A DNA stretch of 64,000 nt from Raillietiella orientalis (GCA_036172245.1 JAYWIR010000040.1:186001-250000); one strand, 5' to 3'; counted from the stretch's first letter, positions 43,283-55,673 are shown. Translations and numbers: made by a program. Notes: a model not told the origin generated them from the letters alone.

Positions 43283-45740
43283 CAGTGATCGGACAGTGAA
43301 GTTGGAGTGTCCCGAAGCCCTCGATGCGGTTCTTTAGCTCGGCGCTGTGTAGGACGTGGTCGATCGGCTCGTGGCTAGCTGTTCGCTACCCAAGTCCGAA
43401 CTCGTCGCACGATTGCCGACACGCCGTCCTTTTTCTTGCGTCCTGGGAATAGATGATGCCGTCCAGGATATTCAGATCGCCGGCAACGATCACGACCCCT
43501 TGGGTGCGACCTTCTCCCGGAGTACTGCATGCAGAACCTCCGCGCACCGGTGTTTTTCGATGTGTGGTCCGTACACGTTCACCAAGAGAAGGTAAACGGT
43601 GGCGGACCACTCCAGTCGTACACCGATGATTTGTCCTGGTAAACGACAGAAGACTTCCAGGATTGTGGGGTCCAGATCGTTGTTCATGAGTCCTGCCACT
43701 CCATCGGTGTTCCTCTGTCCCTCGCTGACGAACATTTGCATGTTGAGGTGTCGTTCCATTTACAAGGTGATCTGATGACCCAGCTTGTGGGTCTCTTGCA
43801 GACACACTTGTCCGATGTCTTTATGGGCGATGGTCCGCACGATTCTTTTCCATTTCCTCTGGTCGATCAGTCCATTAACGTTCCAGGACGCGATGTTGAT
43901 CCTCCTAGCGGTGGACAACGACGAGGCCATAAGGGGGTTCACTTCTTAGATTTTCTGAGCTTCTTTTGTCGAAGAGAACGTTGTAATCTTCCCGACGAAG
44001 AAGCAAGCTTCTCACTACCAGCATCGCTCTCCGTGCAGGTGGAATCGGTCAATTATCGGTCGTCAATTGACCGGTCGACTTTGACGACCACCTTGCACGG
44101 GAGGGTCTCCACGTTGACCTTCTCGCAGTACGCCGCCTTGACTTCAAAAAGCTCAGTCTCCAGCTTTTCGCGCTCGGAAACCTCTACCAATCTGTTGATG
44201 TCCTCCTGGACCTCGCAGATGAGAGCCAGGATCTGTTCCTGCTGCACCGCGGTAGACTCCTGTCGGACCTCCTCTGCCAGCTTCACCACCTCCTTGGTGA
44301 GCTGCAGGGCCTCCTGCGTCGCCGGAATGGGTTCGCTAACTTCCATTTGTTCCCCATATGGCGCGCCATCCTGCTCCGCGGCCTTCTGGGAGGGTTTCTG
44401 CTCCTGCACGAGCATCCTACTCTTGCCGCCTTTTCGTACTCCTACAAAGCCGTCCGCCGAAACCGGAGCGGCCTCCTTCGCCTTCCTCAGCTTCTCTACT
44501 TTTTGAGGCTTTACTACCTCCGCCAGAACCTTCTCCCGCACGGTGGAGCCCACGCATGGTCCGGTAGTTTGTGAACTCCGGACAACACGATCTCGCATGC
44601 CCCGACTCCTTGCAAAAGGAGCACACCTCGGACATGTCGCAGACATGCACCTGGTGTCCCTGCTTCCCACAGCGGAAGCACCGAGACCTCGGACACACGC
44701 TTATCCTATGTCCGAAATTTTTGCAACCAGTACAGAACACCGGTTGTTGCCTATATCGGACAGAGACTTCCTGAGAGTCTCCATCGATGTGCATGATCCC
44801 TGGGATCTGCGCCTCCTCTGCCAATTTGATCTTGGCGATGACATCGCCGAAAAAGATATTCCCCGAGAAGTTCTGGAATTTCACCTCCAGAACTTCCCCG
44901 TACCTCGACAAAAAGGCTCAGACTATCTGCTGGGTGGTGGTGATGCCGATGCCACTGAGAAAGACGGTCGTGTACGGCATTTCGCCGATACCGCGAACCA
45001 TCCGTCCTTGGATATTGATGCCCTTTTCGATCAGGACCTCCCTCAAGGGTTCACTATCAGTGTACATCGTGAACCCCGACGTGCTTGGGATGATCGCTTG
45101 AATGCGATCGAAATCCACATTCTCCCTATAAAGTGTCAAGTACACTTCTTCAATATTGTCAAACTGGATTAGTCCGGTTTGGAAAGTGATTGGCTTCGAT
45201 GCCGGACTGATCCTGACGATCGGCTCGTCCACGTTCTCCATTTTTCCGCTCTCGGGCTTTCCAAATTTCCGCTGGGCATTCGAATGGTCCGCGGCTACCG
45301 CCGCGTACGGAATTGGCCGCTCAGTCGCAGCCGAGGAAGATGGCGTCGTGACCTGCGAGCTCCCCACCACGTTGCATGCCGTACGCTTCGCCGGGGGCTG
45401 CCGCGGGCGCAACCCGCAGCAACGTCGTCGCTTCGCCATCGCCGCACGATACCTCCATTCCCAGGAAGAATGTCGGTCTCTCCTCCATCGCGTGGTCTGC
45501 TTGCATCCTGGCGGTGGGTTGATGCACTCTCGCCGCCGTCGCTGTGGGACGCAAGCCCTCCACTATGGTTCTGCTGCATGTGGTGGTAAATGTTCTCTGC
45601 GGCACTGTCCCTAGTGGGTGGTCACAGACACTGGTTTTCACTTATTCACTTGCCCGCTCGGGGCACGCAAAAATTGCGGCAGCAGTGATGGTACTCACTC
45701 CCTTGGCGGGGTATTCGGTATAGTTTTCTCCTCGTCTCAG
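43283..45740 (-). mobile_element. Family B element 5' part (5' UTR, CCHC ORF1 ~45439-43940 with frameshifts, ORF2 APE endonuclease), truncated after the EN
   Basis: Three CCHC knuckles (CTGCKNFGHRISVC, CFRCGKQGHQVHVC, CSFCKESGHARSCC); ORF2 MASSLSTARRINIASWNVNGL...CLQETH...NVYGP...AGDLN...IDHV...SDH. Confidence 0.92.
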
Positions 45741-45743
45741 CAG

Positions 45744-48700
45744 TTTTTTTCCTGTCCAACTTGCGCAGGGGAGAATTTATTTAACTTAACACGTTTACAA
45801 TGCTTTCTCACTTTCAGTATTTAATCTTTTTTCACTTTTCAATGTTCTGGAATCCTCTGCAAGATATGGCAGTACATCCAAGTTGGAATTCCTCCACAGC
45901 TTCTGATTCCAATTTCTCTTTTTAGGAGACCTTTCAATATTTCCATAGCAGTCACCTGGCTCATTTCTGTCCGCATTTTGGCCCTCCTTATTACGATGCT
46001 TTTGATAAAGAGAGCTATGGTAGTGCGGACCATCGGGTTGTATCGGGGAACGTTGCCGTTCCCTTCGAACATCCCAGCGAGAATCTCCATCTTCCGCAAC
46101 GACTGCAAGTCTATCACCTGCTTTAGACTGGTCCAGTCTTGGCGCAAAGACGGGCAGGTGAGTGCGTAAAGTTGGGTTTCTCTGATTTCACAGGCATTGC
46201 ACTTCTCCTCCTGCAGATTTCCGGTCCAGTGTTTGGTTCTAGTGCCGCTCAGAATGCCGCTGTGATAAAACATCAGGAGCTCATCCTGAATGTCGGGTGG
46301 TGAGTCGCTCGTCCAGACCGTGGTTCCAACCACCAGCGGTTCCACCTGGTGGCATCCGTATTGGTTGGCGGCTACAGACAGAGCGTCGTCGTCGTTTGTT
46401 TCCTTCATAAGTGCTTCTCCTATGTTTCTCCTGGTTATCAGGCGCCAGCAGCTGGATTCCTGATTGGTCCAGACCTCTCGATATTTGTGGGTGAATTTTC
46501 CAACTATCTCCGTGGTTAGTCGCTACAGCCGCATTTTTTGGTGCATGCCACTTAATGCGAACTGCTCGCACTCCTTTATGGTGATCCTTGGATTCTCGGA
46601 TATCCATTTCCTGGTGTCCGAGGGGACGTGCAAAAACCACGGGATAATCTTCACCAGTTCGCTCTTCCAAATTTCCTTACTTCTAGGCACTATTTTGAGG
46701 TGATGGGTGTTCACCAGTGCCTGTTTCCGTATCCAAGTAGGGTCGATGTATCTCCACCGTCCTTGTTTGCCTATTAGGGCTGACATTAGGCCTCTCGAAT
46801 TGTTGACCAACTGCGAGTAGGCTCTGTGCGCTGCATAAGGCCACTCATCCCATTTGGTGGCAAGATCCAGTTATCGCACGTCCAGCAGATGCACGGACCG
46901 TTTGAGCGATTTCATCCCGGTGCCACCTTTGTCTCGCGGTCGTCACAAGAGTTTCAGCCTGACCCGCAGCTTAAACTCCCTCTATAAAATCCTCCGTTGT
47001 AGTTGTTCCACCTGCCGGCACATTCCATCGTATACTCGACAAAAGGCTTCTCCGAAGAGCATCTTAGGAAGGAGAACTCCGTTCCACAGGTTTGCCATTC
47101 GCTTCAGGCAGAAGTCTAGTCGTACGTATTTTGCTGCGTCTTCTCTTGTTTTCCCCAGGATTTCTTTCCACATTTCCTGCAAAGCCGAGGCATCGCCGAT
47201 GTGGACTACTAGGTACTTGATGAATCCACTACTCGGAATCCTGCTTCCTCTGAGGCGGCAAGGTCCAGGATTCCGATGGGCAACAGTTGAGATTTCTGGA
47301 CGCTGATCTTCAAGCCCAAACCATTCTCCATAGATTCGATGACACCTAGGAACGCATGCTGATCCTTGTCTGCCTTCAAGAAGAAGAGCAGATCATCCGC
47401 ATACGCCAGGTGCGTCAATCTGTGCTCGTCAAGGTGTATTTCTTGGATGTAGCCGCCATGGTGGACCAGTGACGAAACCGCTTCCATATAAACTACGAAC
47501 AGCATCAGACTAAGGGCGTCTCCCTGACGGATTCCCCTTTCCATCCTGATTTCTGCCGTATCATTTCCATTGATTCTTATTTTGCAGTACTGCCCTTCGA
47601 GATTCTTCTCCACGTAGTCGTTGAAGTACTCTGAGTAGCCCAGTCTTCTCAGAATCTTTATCAGCATTCCATAGACCACGGTATCAAACGCCTTCTTCAT
47701 ATCCGTGCAGACCAGCACCAGGTTGTCGCCTATATAGCGACTGTAACCTAAGGTTTCTTGTACACACTTCACGTTGTCAGACATGCTGCGTCCGGGCACC
47801 ACGCACGTCTGCATTGGAGAAATGACGGATGGCATCGTCTTGCTTAAACGGTTAGCCCAGATCTTGGCTAACCATTTGGCATCCGTGTTCATGATGGAGA
47901 TGGGCCGCCATTGAGCGATTTGAGTCAGGCCTCCTGCCTTAAGCAGCAACCTCATGCGGCTCTCGTGGAACGACTGGGGAAGCTTCCGTTCTTCTTGGAT
48001 TCGAAGTGTGAGCTCGTGAAACAACCGCAGGTAGGCGTTTAGGTACCGCTGATAATGCGAGATTGGCACGCAATCAGGGCCTGCAGTCACGTCCTTGCGT
48101 AGTCCGGCGAATGCTTGTTGCACTTCTTCCATGGAGATTCCTTCTTCTAGGCTTTCCTGCTGTTGCCGAGTGATTCGTTTCTGCAGGAATCGAAGAAAAT
48201 CGTTCTGCTCGCTTTTTGACACTTCACGCCGTCGAAAGTGGTAGGTGTAATGTTGATGGAAGGCCTCCACGATTTCTTCTGGCGTGTCGCAACTGGTTTT
48301 TGTGCTGGATGCAAAAGATATCCGTTGAAAGATTTCTCTTCTCCTGCACGCCTATTTCCCCTTTCACGTTGCGGCAGACGTACCAGCTCTCGTACTGGTC
48401 CCAGTATTTGGAGAGCGAGCGATCTTGGATGTTTTGCTCTCGGTACGCTTCCTCTTTTATCTTCCTGTTCTTGAATTGCGCGTTGCAGAACACGTGAAGG
48501 GTGTTCTATAACCTGTCCCAGTCCTCGACTCTGCGGATTGTTTTGTCACGCAGGATCGTCTTGAGGAGTTCCAGGTGACAGGGAAGGGTTTCAAACCAGG
48601 AAGGCATACACATGAGTGCAACCCTTGTGCCTACTTGCTTCCGGGGGTTCTCCGTTCGCAACGTGAACTGCAGCAACGGGTGATCCGAGAGCAGAAGCTG

Positions 48701-49085
48701 GGTGTCTCGGAATCCCTGCACGCGGTTCTCGACTTCTTGACTAAAAATTACCTGGTCGATCGGTTTGTGTTTGGCCGTTAGTCAAAGCAGTCCAAACTCG
48801 TCGGAGAGCTTCCGATACGCCACTTTTCCTCCGGTATCCCTGAACTGGGTTCTGATTCCCAGTATATTCAGATTGCCCACGATAACGACTATGTTTTTTG
48901 GTGCGACCTTGCTGCGCAGGAAATTCCGCACAGCGTCCGCACATCGATGCTTTTCCAAGTGGGGACCGTAAACGTTGACCAGGAAAAGGTTAACCGCGCA
49001 GAACCAGGACATCCGAACTCCAAGGATGCTGCCGGTCCATGGAGAAAAGGCCATAAAACGGTGTGCGCGATCCTGTTCTTCCGGC
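45744..49085 (-). mobile_element. Family B element, 5'-truncated within the EN: ORF2 (EN-RT-zf-RVT, disrupted) + 3' end with AATAAA and A7
   Basis: 47209-48270 RT: WRPISIMNTDAK, QTCVVPGR, DMKKAFD, GIRQGDALS, YADD; C-terminal CNACEIRETQLYALTC; AATAAA (minus strand) at 45776-45781 and an A7 tract at 45744-45750. Confidence 0.95.
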
Positions 49086-49089
49086 AGGC

Positions 49090-49715
49090 GAGTCGCGAAG
49101 CGCCCGCGTTTCAATGAGACTCCGAAACGGCGTCTGAGATCACCGCCGCACATCGAATCACCCGCGCGGAAACGGTAGCGCGCCGGGCTAAGGCCCTGAG
49201 GCGCGCAGCGCAGGCCGCACAGGAACGAGAGCTCACCCAGCAGCGTCCAGCGACGCTAAATGGAGACATGCAATCGAATTCGTGCAGCACCATAGAGGAC
49301 GGTGGCGACTGTGATCTCCAGACAGCAGTGCTGCTTACCGTCGGCTCGCCGCAAAAGCGGGAAAAAAGCCGCCGACTTCCCAGCATCAATGCGGGGAATC
49401 TCTTTTCGTCGTTTGTCCGTCGCGTGTTGGAACGTGAACGGACTGCAGAACGACGAAAATAGGCAATTAGTAGCGAACGCCCTTCGTCACTTCGACCCCG
49501 TGCTCCTGCAGGAGATTCACGTAATCTCCGACGAGCAGGCTGCCGAAATCGAAGAGCGCGCAGGCGGAACGCTACATTGGCGGTGCGGCGACCCACACAC
49601 TTGTGGCGTCGCGTTCCTCGTAAGAGGAAAAATGGCGGAAGCGGTGCGTGGTTTTCGTTTCCACGACGGAGGACGGGTGGGGCAGCTCACTATGGCTCTC
49701 ACTAGGAAGCGAAGA
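49090..49715 (+). mobile_element. Family A fragment: ORF1 C-terminal tail + ORF2 EN N-terminus
   Basis: CSTIEDGGDCDLQTAVLLT matches CSTVEAGGDRALQPVVLLT (62729 ORF); MRGISFRRLSVACWNVNGL...LLQEIH...WRCG...CGVAFL. Confidence 0.9.
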
Positions 49716-50990
49716 GCATACGGGATGACGTACCTCTCGTTTTGGTGCACTTCCTCGTCGCTGGTTTTGCTCCAAGCCGCCACGATGCCTCGGATGCAGC
49801 ACAGTGCAGCCACAGCTGCAGCGGGCTGCAAGGCGTCCCGCACGAAGAGGAGCCGGAGAAAGTCTCTGGGCGCGCTGCCCGTAGGGAGACCGAGGGTCGT
49901 CCCAAACCGTTCCCACAGGGGTCGAAGGGCAGCGCACTCCACAATGGGGTGTGAGAGCGATTCCCGCTCCACGCAGCTGGCACACGCAGAATCCACAGCT
50001 CCCCTCGTCCAGTGCACGCGGCGTGCGTTTCAGGGTAGACCCCAGTGCAGCAGGAGCAATGCCGACTCTTGCTACTTAAGGGGCAGGATCCTGGATTCCT
50101 TTAGTACCGGGGGCCACTTCAGCACATCCGTAGGGATGGCGAGCAGCTCGCCCCATCTCATTAATCCACGCGGCTGGACACTCAGGGACGTGACGTCAGC
50201 CAGCTCTCCCATGGTCCATGCCCTCATCATTTTCTCCCATCCCACGATGCAGCAGAAGACTTGCCACCCTTGCATCCGGCTGTTGTGAAGCGCTCTCCTC
50301 AGGAAAGGCAGCGCCGTAGCAAGGCAGATTGTCTCTGCCGAAGTGCTTCTAGCAGGACTCTCCAGGAGATTCTGCAGCATGCAGCGGGCGTAGGGGCTGC
50401 GTCGGAAACGATTCCACGATTCGCGGCTCCGCTGTTTTACGACAGCCCACGTTCCAATGTTCTCCTCCAGCCAGGTGGAGGAGTTGGCGGGGCTCCAAAC
50501 CATCCTGCTATTTTCGTTCGCCAGGGATGTCATGCGTCCGAGCAGTAGGCCGCATCTTCGGATCTTCCGGCCGGGGCACAGAAGAAAAGACGCGAGTTTC
50601 TCGCACCGGAACACACGCCTGGCAAGGAGGCGGCCCAGAATGCACCACGGAGTGCTTCACATCTTTGCTGAGATGGTGAGGGTGCGCCATCGCAGCTGAA
50701 TCTCCAAGCGCTCCAGTGTCAGGAGGCTAAGGCCTCCGTGCCGATGCGGAGCGCATAAATCCCTAAAAGTTACACGGGGCCTCCCCTTTCCCCAAAGGCC
50801 GATGCGGAGAAGGTCCTTTTTCCTTTTTTTAACTACAACGGAGACGGGGCAAACAAAAGGCAAGGGGCGGAGGATGAAGGCCACGAAAGCGTTCCAAACA
50901 GCGGCCCGTTCCGGCAAGCAAAACTTGCCTTCCAGGAACGGTTTGATCGCCGTCTCAACCATATGGAGGCCGCTGGACCACGCTTCAGCA
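49716..50990 (-). mobile_element. Family A ORF2 C-terminal fragment (post-RT region + zf-RVT)
   Basis: LWGKGRPRVTFRDLCAPHRHGGLSL; CASCVERESLSHPIVECAALRPLW; colinear with 56600-57900. Confidence 0.9.
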
Positions 50991-50994
50991 AGAG

Positions 50995-51771
50995 AATCGT
51001 CGCGGAGTTCTTTGAGAGCTTCGCGGAAGAGCTGCCCCCCAGATGCTCGAGTTCACAAGGCTGGTCCGAGACGAAGGCGATGTTCCTGCCTCGTTTCGTT
51101 CAGCCAGGGTAAGGCTCCTCCCGAAGTGAGGAGACCTCAGGAAACTAAACAACTGGCTTCCGATCACGATTGAGAAAATGAACGTTAAGTTGGTTGCCGG
51201 GCTGTGAGCTTTGCGTTTGGGCAGGTAGCCAATTCCATATTTAGCCCGGAGCAGACTTAAGCTGTTCCCGTGCGAAGTATAGAGGCCAACCTCTTCTTCG
51301 CGAGCACATGGTTGCATATGCAGCGGTGTTTAAAGAATGAGATTGGGAAAATCGGCATCCCCACTTTGGGGCTGCCAGGAGGGCAGGAAAAGAAGTCCGG
51401 GGTGGGGAAGGGGGCCCTAGCGATCGCAGTCGATCTCCATAAGGCGTTCGACTGTGTTGACCAGGAGCTCTTTTTGGAGCTCCTGGGTCGCATGGGCTTC
51501 CCACCCTCCTTGATCACCTACCTGAGCTCTTGCTGACGGAATGAGGTGATTACCATCTCTTTCAGTGTACAAAAGAGTATGGAGTGCCGTTGCAGCGGGG
51601 CATAAGGCAAGGCGAAAGTCTTACTTCCTTGCTCTTTAGCACCTACTTTGAGTTGCTGCTAAGGGCATACAGGGAGAATTTGGCCCCCTTGCCGATCTCG
51701 TGCCGCAGCACACCCGCCTTATATACGTTATGTAGAGTTTCAAAATAAAGGCCCCGGGCGTATCCGGGTGA
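50995..51771 (+). mobile_element. Family A RT N-terminal half fused directly to the element 3' terminus
   Basis: ARVRLLPK*GDLRKLNNWLPIT, VDLHKAFDCVD, GIRQGESLTSLLFS; breaks at ~51720 just before YADD, then AATAAA (51744-51749) and the terminal hairpin (51753-51768). Confidence 0.88.
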
Positions 51772-51786
51772 TAACCCCTAACCCCG

Positions 51787-53880
51787 CTGTGAGCGGACGT
51801 GTTTTTCCGTCGCTCCGTCAGTGAAGCCTGAAGAGAGTTTCTTTTGCAAGTGTTCGTGCTTTTTCACATTGCCGGTCCGATGGATACGATGCCAGAGGAC
51901 ACCGCAATGGAAGTAGGCGTGAGGGAGGCTAGTTCGCCTCCACAGCCTACTGGATCAGGGGCATCCGTTCAGGAATCGTCCCCGCCGCTACAGACGAGGA
52001 CTTGGAGTGCCATGGTGGCAGCGCCCAGCGCCGAAGCCCTGGAGGAAAAAAGGGCCTACCAAGCAGCAGGGTACAAGCCCTCGCTGATATATAAGGTAGG
52101 ACCATTATTTGATGAGCGGACTGCACGCGCCTTCTCGAAGGCGCTGCAGAACGCAAATATTCGGGAGCAAGATCTTGACGGCCTCGCCGTCCTCAGCGGG
52201 GATCAGCGGGTCGAGGTGGTATGCAAAGATATCACCTTGACCCAACGCCTGATCACCGACCCGCTGATCGTTGATGGTCGGAAGATCTTGCCGGTTACGA
52301 TGGACCGCTCGGTAGTGGTCCATCTCACTGGGATCTCTAGTCGCATGACTAGGTCAGCGGTTGGAGATCAGTTGCGGAAGCACGCCGAAGTGCACGCGTT
52401 GTGGCCGAAGCCCACGATTTTCCAAGGCTACAATAGCCTTTTCGGGGGTCAAGCTGCGGAGCGTATCACCGTAAAAGAGGGTGGTGCTCTTCCCCACAAG
52501 CTGGAGGTCTGCGAAGAAGCGGTGGACCTCTGGTTCGTGGGAAAACCTTAATTTTGTGGCTACTGCACTGCAGTAGGGCATCTTAGAAAAAGGTGCCCGA
52601 ACATTGTGTGCCACTTATACGGAGAGAAGGGGCACGTGCGACGCGTGTGCCCTAAGCGCCCCACCCCGGTGCCCCCTGCTGCCAGAAAGGCACAGGGTCA
52701 ACTCGGAAAACTGGTCGAAAGACTAGCGCGTGAAAATGGCCGCTCCCAGCCGCCAGCCCCAGTCCATCACGCACAGGCATCGGAGGTAAAAACTCTCGAA
52801 GACGCAGGATTGGAGGAGGATTGGCACCTGATTCAGGCCAGAAAAGAAAAGAAGAAGATTCTGGGAGAACAAAGGTCAAAGAAGAAAACTGCTGGCATAA
52901 AGAAAAAAACCGCGCCGCTTTCAAAAAAACTCCGCGAGTGCTCGGTGGCATTGGAACGCTTAGCTGTTCCTGCGGAGGTCGCCAGCGGCAATGTTCAGCA
53001 AACAGCTGATGGGGTCGCGATCGAAACGTGCGTGGACGAGCTCACTCTAGGTTTAGAGGGTGAGACGCGAGACTCGCGCTTCAAAAGCGAGGACGCCGCG
53101 TTCGATAAGGTTGCGGAGGAGCCCGCGGCAACGTTGGCCGGCAGCGATGACGCGTCCATCGAGAAGGCTGCAAAGGAGCACGCAGCTACGCTCGCCGAGC
53201 GCGAAACCCCGTCGCGTAAGGGCGTCCGCCGGTCGGCTCCGAAGAAAATGCCTCCCGCAGGTGAGTCCGACCGGAAGGCCGGAAACTCATCATCCTCCGC
53301 GGAGGCACCTCCTCGAAAGGCAGGACGTACGTCCCAAAAGCCCAAGAGGTACCCTCCCGTTTTGAGCGAGGAGGAGAAGCCGGAAGCCGACGCTAGCGTA
53401 GAGAACCCGGAGGGGGAACTCCCACGCCCGGAAACCGCTGCTCAGAAGATATCCATGGATGAGGATGAAAAGGGAGGCGAAGCCTCCGTTTCCTGCGCTG
53501 ACCCTGAAGAGCCCGCCCCTATGCAGGAGGGCGACCAGGGAGTCGCGACCTTACCCGCAGGCGAACCGCCTGACGCTCCGGCACTCATGGAGGAGGGTGA
53601 CCAGGTGCTCGACGCACCTGCCCATCCTACACCTTGCGTCCCGCCCCAACAGGTGGCGGACGCCGCAGAGTCAATTTCCCAGGAATAACACCTAGGCTCG
53701 CCTCTCGCCGTCGAATCCGCGTGGCTAGTTGAAACGTCAACGGGCTGCGGGACGACGGCAACAGACGAGATACGGCCGACACCCTGCGTAAGTTCCAACT
53801 GGCCCTGCTGCAGGAGATCCACATGATCACCGCGGCAGACGTCCAGGAGACCGAGACGATCGCGGGGAGTCAGCTGTTTC
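51787..53880 (+). mobile_element. Family A element 5' part: 5' UTR, ORF1 (ATG 51880 to TAA 53688, one internal stop at 52549) and EN start
   Basis: YKVGPLF, VHALWPKP, LWFVGKP*FCGYCTAVGHLRKRCP; EN start RRRIRVAS*NVNGL...LLQEIH...ETIAGSQLF is cut at 53880. Confidence 0.92.
51791..51806 (+). promoter_or_regulatory. Candidate internal-promoter (DPE-like GGACGTG) motif in the family A 5' UTR; also at 40931-40946 and 58920-58933
   Basis: gagcggacgtgttttt / gagcggacgggtgttt / gtgcagacgtgttt, each ~90-110 nt upstream of an ORF1 ATG in otherwise dissimilar UTRs. Confidence 0.5.
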
Positions 53881-55673
53881 TCACCCGGGTGCGCCGGGGC
53901 GTTTATTATAAACTATCCGGGAACAGAGTTCCTGGACAAAGGGGAAAACAAGATACGAAGGGGGTGGGATCCCCGACACGCAGGTCGGTATGGAGAAAGT
54001 CCTGAACGGGAGGAAGGGGACCACAAATAGGCTACTATAAAGAATAAAAATAAAAATATGGAGGACAGGGGACAGGGGTCTTTGGTGAGTCCGTTCCTTC
54101 CTTTCAAAACCGGCGATGGATGCCTACGATCTCTCTCCTTACGTCCTGTGGCAGATGGGTCCACTCGGCAGCCGACGACATGCTTGTGCTGGCTAATGCG
54201 GTGGGCTGACGAACGACGGCCAGCTTCTCCAACTCTCGGTGGGCCTCGTCGATGGCGCGGGTGCAACACACGGTTGCAACGACAGCACCTAAAGACAGGC
54301 CTCCTGGAGTGAAGAAGCGGCGCATCAAGTCCCTCGCGGTGTCCCCCTGGTGTAGGAGAGCTGAGGCCAGCCTCCGCCAAAGTCCTAGAAGAGCACCGCA
54401 GTCCAGGAGCAGGTGCGGGAGCGTTTCCACTTCCCCGCACCTCTTACAGTTTGGGGAGACAACTCCCCCGGAAACACGGTTCGTCCGCTGGCTGGAGTGA
54501 AAACCCCAATGCACCAGCATGATGACGTCCTGCTTCCACGAAAGGGGGAACACGGAATTGTTCAAACAGGAGGGAGGGACCACAAGTTCTGTGGGGTGCA
54601 CACTCAAGTGTTCACTCCATCGAAGGAGTCCCTTCGAGATGTGGCGAGGCGTGGCGGCGTCCGCCAGCTCGCAAGTCCTCCAGCCGCCAATAGGTCGTGT
54701 TGTTCCTGCAATGGTGCAGGCGACCTCCCATCTCGCCCGTTCGCAGCTGTCATCTCTTGCCCTGAGGGCTGACAGCGCGTCGGCAAACGGCGTGACGGCC
54801 AGGCGGGTCCACTTCTCCTGGCTGTTGCAGACCTCATCCACCGTGCAGTACGGGGAGAGGTGAACGCAACGGAGTTTCAGGAGGGAAACATCCTGGTGCT
54901 TTGCCCAGCCATGCAACGGTTCCTGCCGCCAGGCTCGAAAGTTCGTTGGGCGGCAGGAGATCCATTCCTGGGCTGCCAGGAACCGGTAGAGCGGTTTCAA
55001 AGGGAAACCGAAACTTGTCGTGGGGTGCTCCGTGTGCGGACGCAGCGACAGAAGTCCGTCGCTGCCGGTGCAGCGCTGCAAAAGCAGGCGCGCAGGAGCG
55101 CACCACGGAGTGTGCGACGGTTTTGGCGAGTTTGTCGCCCGGCTGACCCTTTTCGCAAGCAGGGGGTGGGTTTTCGCGCGCATCCGTCGCGGCGGGAAAA
55201 TCGATTGAAGCCGTATCGCTTCCGGTGGTGTCGGCGGGAGCTCATTGCGCTCCAGCGTAACCGTGCATTCTCGGAGAGTTTTTACGCGCAGCACGGATTT
55301 AGCTTTTGTTCCGGACGCCGCCTTCTCTCCTTTCTTCGGGACATGCTTGCCCTTTTCCTCTTTTTTGGCTTTGACTAGCTGCCAGCCCTGTTGTCTCTCT
55401 GCGGTTTCGGGAAGATTTTTCTCCAACGCCGCGCTTGGAGCTTGGGTCATTGGCAGCTTTTCTCGGCCAATTTTCCGGTTTTCCGATTTTTCTTTCCCTG
55501 CGCGTTTCCCTATCACCTTTTTGGAGGCCGACGAAATCGGGGTGGGGCGTATAGGGTACACACGGCGGACGTGTTCCTTCTCCCCGCACAAGTAGCACTC
55601 GATGTTTGGGCACCTCTTTCGGATGTGTCCGACCGCATCGCAGTAGCCGCAATACCGTGGCTTCCCCGCATAT
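53881..55673 (-). mobile_element. Family A internally deleted derivative: ORF1 knuckle region fused in frame to the ORF2 C-terminus, with an intact 3' end
   Basis: Open frame ~55673-54104: YAGKPRYCGYCDAVGHIRKRCPNIECYLCGEKEH...HTPWCAPARLL...CKRCGEVETLPHLLLDC; AATAAA and hairpin at 53884-53907. Confidence 0.88.
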
